Part shown: in pieces, positions 62,201 through 64,000 of the stretch
How positions within the stretch are numbered: the first letter of the stretch is position 1
Layout: the number at the start of each line of letters is the position of its first letter
From: Chiloscyllium plagiosum
Lineage: Eukaryota
Direction: 5' to 3'
Assembly: GCF_004010195.1 (NCBI RefSeq)
Contig: NC_057717.1
Location: 105,762,719 to 105,826,718, forward strand
DNA: 64,000 bases
Notes under the pieces: model-generated
The model's database searches: none
Seen by the model: only the letters and a program-made list of their open reading frames with translations
What the model was told of the DNA's origin: nothing
Made by a program: the position numbers and the translations under genes

Positions 62201-63896
62201 GTACAATGATTTCTGATGCCTCACCCTCCCACACATTGCAGCACATATTTTGAGATGATAATCTTCAAAAAACCAGTCTGCTCAGATTGAAGCATATGGC
62301 AGAGGGTGGAAGTGTGAGCACAAGAGGAAGACACTTTTCCAGTTTTTATTATCTGTGTCACACAATGCATTAAGATCTTCTTCCGCACACATGCAATGGA
62401 GTAAAGGTTTGAAGAAAACCAAGAAACTTCAGTACAAAAGAAAGATAACTAGCCAAATATATTGCTTTCCTAATACCACTTCCTTTTTATCGTTTCACTG
62501 TATCCTTGTCTCATAACACAGCCCAATTAAATTTTGAACAGATTTATACCATCTGCTTCAACAACCTCCCCAGAGATTTATTCCATGACAATTCGTTGCA
62601 AAACAAATTTGAGTTCTTGCTCATTTTAGCTCACGCTTTGGCCTTTAAACACTTCATTCAAGTGAAAAGAAATTACTCAACCAGTTCTCCAGAGTTAAAC
62701 AGTGTTACCTCAAAATCCGAGTGGAGTGGATAATGATTTCTCTCACTGACAAACCTGCACCTGAAAGGATGGTCACCTTCAAAATGTCTTCCAAGGCAAC
62801 AATGGACAAGCTAGACTCAAATCAACAAAGATCCAGAGGAAGGCTCCTGACCTCTGGGCTCCACTTGACCGTGTACATCTGTCACAGCAGATGCACACCA
62901 ACACTGATACTCTTTCATGTGAATGGTGACTGGTGATGCATGATGGGAGCCAGTTAAGTTTTCAATTCAATTATTTAATACCTTAGCATCTAGAGTCACC
63001 TCAGGCTGAGATTGAATTAGAGACAGTTTATGTCACGTGAATGGTAGCACCATCTTAAGGGCATGCCTACATCTATATCAATAATGTACATGTGGAGATG
63101 GTTGACAGCGCCAAGTTCCTGGGAATGACGATCACCAACCTGTCCTGGATCACCCACGGCAAGCACAGCAATGCCTCTACTTCCTCAGGAGGCTAATGCA
63201 ATTTGGCATGTCCATAAAGGCTCTTTGAAATGTTTACTGATGCACCACAGAAAGCATCCTATCTAGATGCACCGTAAATGTGGTGCAGCAACTGCTCCTC
63301 CCGAGACCACAGGAAACTACAGAGAGCTGTGAATACAACTCAATCCACCTGCTACATCAGGAAAGCAACCAATGCAATCAAAGACCCCTCCCATACTGGT
63401 TACACTGTCTTCCACACTCTTCAATAGGGCTGAAAATAGAAGTTTGCATACATATACATAGAGTCAAGAACAGCTTCTTCCCTGTTGTTGACAGACTTTT
63501 GAATGGACCTCTCTAACGTTGATGTTCGTCTCTTTCTGCACTTACTCAGCAGCTATCCTGCACTCTTCCGTTACCCAGGAGCACTTTCTCGGGAGAATTC
63601 TGCTTGTAAAGCACCTAAGACAAAAAGCTCGTCACTGTCTCAGTACAAGTGACTGTAATAAACCAAATCAAACCAAATAGGGGTCAAAACGGTGATTGTA
63701 ATATTGCACACTGGTACTGTCAGTTACCAAGAAAAAGTAGTTACTAACTATACAAACTTCAGAACCAACTGAAGAAATCCATTATTCTGATTGTCTTACC
63801 TCCATCTTCTAGTTGTCTCTTTTGACCAACAAATCCAAATTCTGGTGTGCTGTGGTTTACTGTTGTTGCAGTGTCACCTCCAATTTTAGCAGCTAT
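38124..63896 (-). CDS. KHSRP: KH-type splicing regulatory protein / far upstream element-binding protein 2, span of 17 internal exons (both termini missing)
   Basis: Four KH domains plus Tyr-rich repeats assemble in frame over GT-AG exons; [29 protein letters not shown] and [24 protein letters not shown] fit KHSRP better than FUBP1 or FUBP3 (recalled comparison). Confidence 0.93.
38652..38768 (-). CDS. KHSRP: KHSRP exon ~17
   Basis: [25 protein letters not shown]...PGP|gtaag. Confidence 0.94.
39931..40028 (-). CDS. KHSRP: KHSRP exon 16
   Basis: [32 protein letters not shown]|gtaat. Confidence 0.94.
40421..40460 (-). ncRNA. Minimal hammerhead ribozyme motif, sense to KHSRP
   Basis: Reverse complement: CCA-CTGAAGA-T-GTTACC-TCGTAA-GGTAAC-GAAA-CG-TC-TGG. 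Confidence 0.65.
41525..41564 (+). ncRNA. Minimal hammerhead ribozyme motif
   Basis: CCA-CTGAAGA-T-GTTACC-TAGTAA-GGTAAT-GAAA-CG-TC-TGG. Confidence 0.6.
42048..42148 (-). CDS. KHSRP: KHSRP exon 15
   Basis: cag|[33 protein letters not shown]|gtaag. Confidence 0.95.
42322..42482 (-). CDS. KHSRP: KHSRP exon 14 (KH4)
   Basis: [53 protein letters not shown]|gtaac; 161 nt. Confidence 0.97.
42497..43460 (+). mobile_element. Young CR1 3' fragment
   Basis: IYINDVD...[11 protein letters not shown]...[12 protein letters not shown], nearly open. Confidence 0.95.
43753..43900 (-). CDS. KHSRP: KHSRP exon 13
   Basis: cag|[25 protein letters not shown]...HKCGLVIGR|gtcag. Confidence 0.96.
46298..46398 (-). 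CDS. KHSRP: KHSRP exon 12
   Basis: tag|(D)[33 protein letters not shown]|gtatg; 101 nt. Confidence 0.96.
47502..47604 (-). CDS. KHSRP: KHSRP exon 11 (KH3)
   Basis: tag|[34 protein letters not shown]|gtcag; 103 nt. Confidence 0.97.
47750..48450 (-). mobile_element. Old CR1 fragment
   Basis: [20 protein letters not shown] is an RT remnant. Confidence 0.7.
48997..49104 (-). CDS. KHSRP: KHSRP exon 10
   Basis: tag|[36 protein letters not shown]|gtaag. Confidence 0.96.
49885..49983 (-). CDS. KHSRP: KHSRP exon 9
   Basis: cag|[33 protein letters not shown]|gtatg; 99 nt. Confidence 0.97.
51004..51175 (-). CDS. KHSRP: KHSRP exon 8 (KH2)
   Basis: [18 protein letters not shown]...[21 protein letters not shown]|gtac. 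Confidence 0.97.
51807..51864 (-). CDS. KHSRP: KHSRP exon 7
   Basis: cag|(E)[18 protein letters not shown](Q)|gtaag; 58 nt. Confidence 0.96.
52541..52555 (-). CDS. KHSRP: Candidate 15-nt alternative microexon of KHSRP (adds GPNSD)
   Basis: tttttctttcttcctcag|GGCCAAATTCTGATG|gtgagt; phase 1-1, in frame. Confidence 0.55.
53530..53601 (-). CDS. KHSRP: KHSRP exon 6 (KH1 GxxG loop)
   Basis: tag|(V)[23 protein letters not shown]|gtatt; 72 nt. Confidence 0.97.
54596..54610 (-). CDS. KHSRP: Second candidate 15-nt KHSRP microexon (adds VVALV)
   Basis: ttctcaaccacag|TCGTGGCATTGGTAG|gtgaga; phase 1-1. Confidence 0.3.
   Translation of the reverse strand, partial: SWHW
55084..55133 (-). CDS. KHSRP: KHSRP exon 5
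   Basis: cag|(R)[16 protein letters not shown]|gtaag; 50 nt. Confidence 0.96.
55805..55841 (-). CDS. KHSRP: KHSRP exon 4
   Basis: ttcttccccag|(P)[11 protein letters not shown](R)|gtaag; 37 nt; phases match neighbouring exons. Confidence 0.9.
57497..57535 (-). CDS. KHSRP: KHSRP exon 3
   Basis: tacag|(D)[12 protein letters not shown]|gtaag; 39 nt. Confidence 0.94.
58410..58865. mobile_element. Penelope-derived fold-back element, longer member of the 29719 family
   Basis: Inverted arms at about 58445-58593 and 58715-58865; hammerhead motif at 58774-58807. Confidence 0.8.
58866..59215 (-). mobile_element. HE1-type SINE
   Basis: Reverse complement gives GGTATGGTGGTTCAGTGGTTAGCAATGCTGCCTCACAGC head. 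Confidence 0.82.
60485..62022. mobile_element. Penelope-like element in inverted arrangement
   Basis: Minus arm about 60490-61450 (RT end and [14 protein letters not shown]) and plus arm about 61450-62022; same family as 40342-41601; hammerhead core mutated (TTGATGA at about 61950). Confidence 0.88.
63095..63680 (+). mobile_element. Rex1/Babar-like LINE 3' fragment
   Basis: [16 protein letters not shown]...[14 protein letters not shown]-terminal motif; GTGACTGTAATAAACCAAATC tail. Confidence 0.7.
63800..63896 (-). CDS. KHSRP: KHSRP exon 2
   Basis: cag|[32 protein letters not shown]|gtaag; 97 nt. Confidence 0.96.
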
Positions 63897-64000
63897 CTGC
63901 AGATTCATTAAAAGTCACAGTTACTCACATAGAAAGACCATTTATTCCTTGGAAGTGAAGCATTGCAGAACGTTTTCTCTTGACCCTGCCTTAAACCACA

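Noticed and set aside
62755..62815. Homologue of the FUBP1 alternative exon (HFEGDHPF resembles HWEGMPSPF)
   Set aside because: The similar frame is incompatible with the phase-1 intron using the available AG; the match is short and probably chance.

Overview
Vertebrate genomic DNA, very probably from a shark or other cartilaginous fish (inferred from HE1-type SINEs and CR1/Penelope repeats). Two spliced genes lie on the minus strand, separated by a 500-N assembly gap (37132-37631). KHSRP (FUBP2) is represented by 17 internal coding exons at 38124-63896; its exon 1 is beyond the right edge and its last exons are missing, presumably in the gap. CDC37 is represented by exons 2-8 at 19139-31429, with exon 1 missing, presumably also in the gap. 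A CpG-rich promoter and first exon of a third minus-strand gene sit at the left edge, next to a 41-bp hairpin minisatellite. The rest is mostly retroelements: CR1, L2 and Rex fragments, SINEs, a 5'-complete L1 lacking its RT, and several fold-back Penelope-derived elements carrying minimal hammerhead-ribozyme motifs. The most notable observations are a candidate in-frame 15-nt KHSRP microexon whose donor sits in a hairpin, other candidate microexons and poison exons, a repeat-number-dependent in-frame alternative donor, and a sense-strand hammerhead in a KHSRP intron. Exon numbers follow my recollection of the human genes and are approximate. All calls come from reading the sequence, with no database searches or computation.
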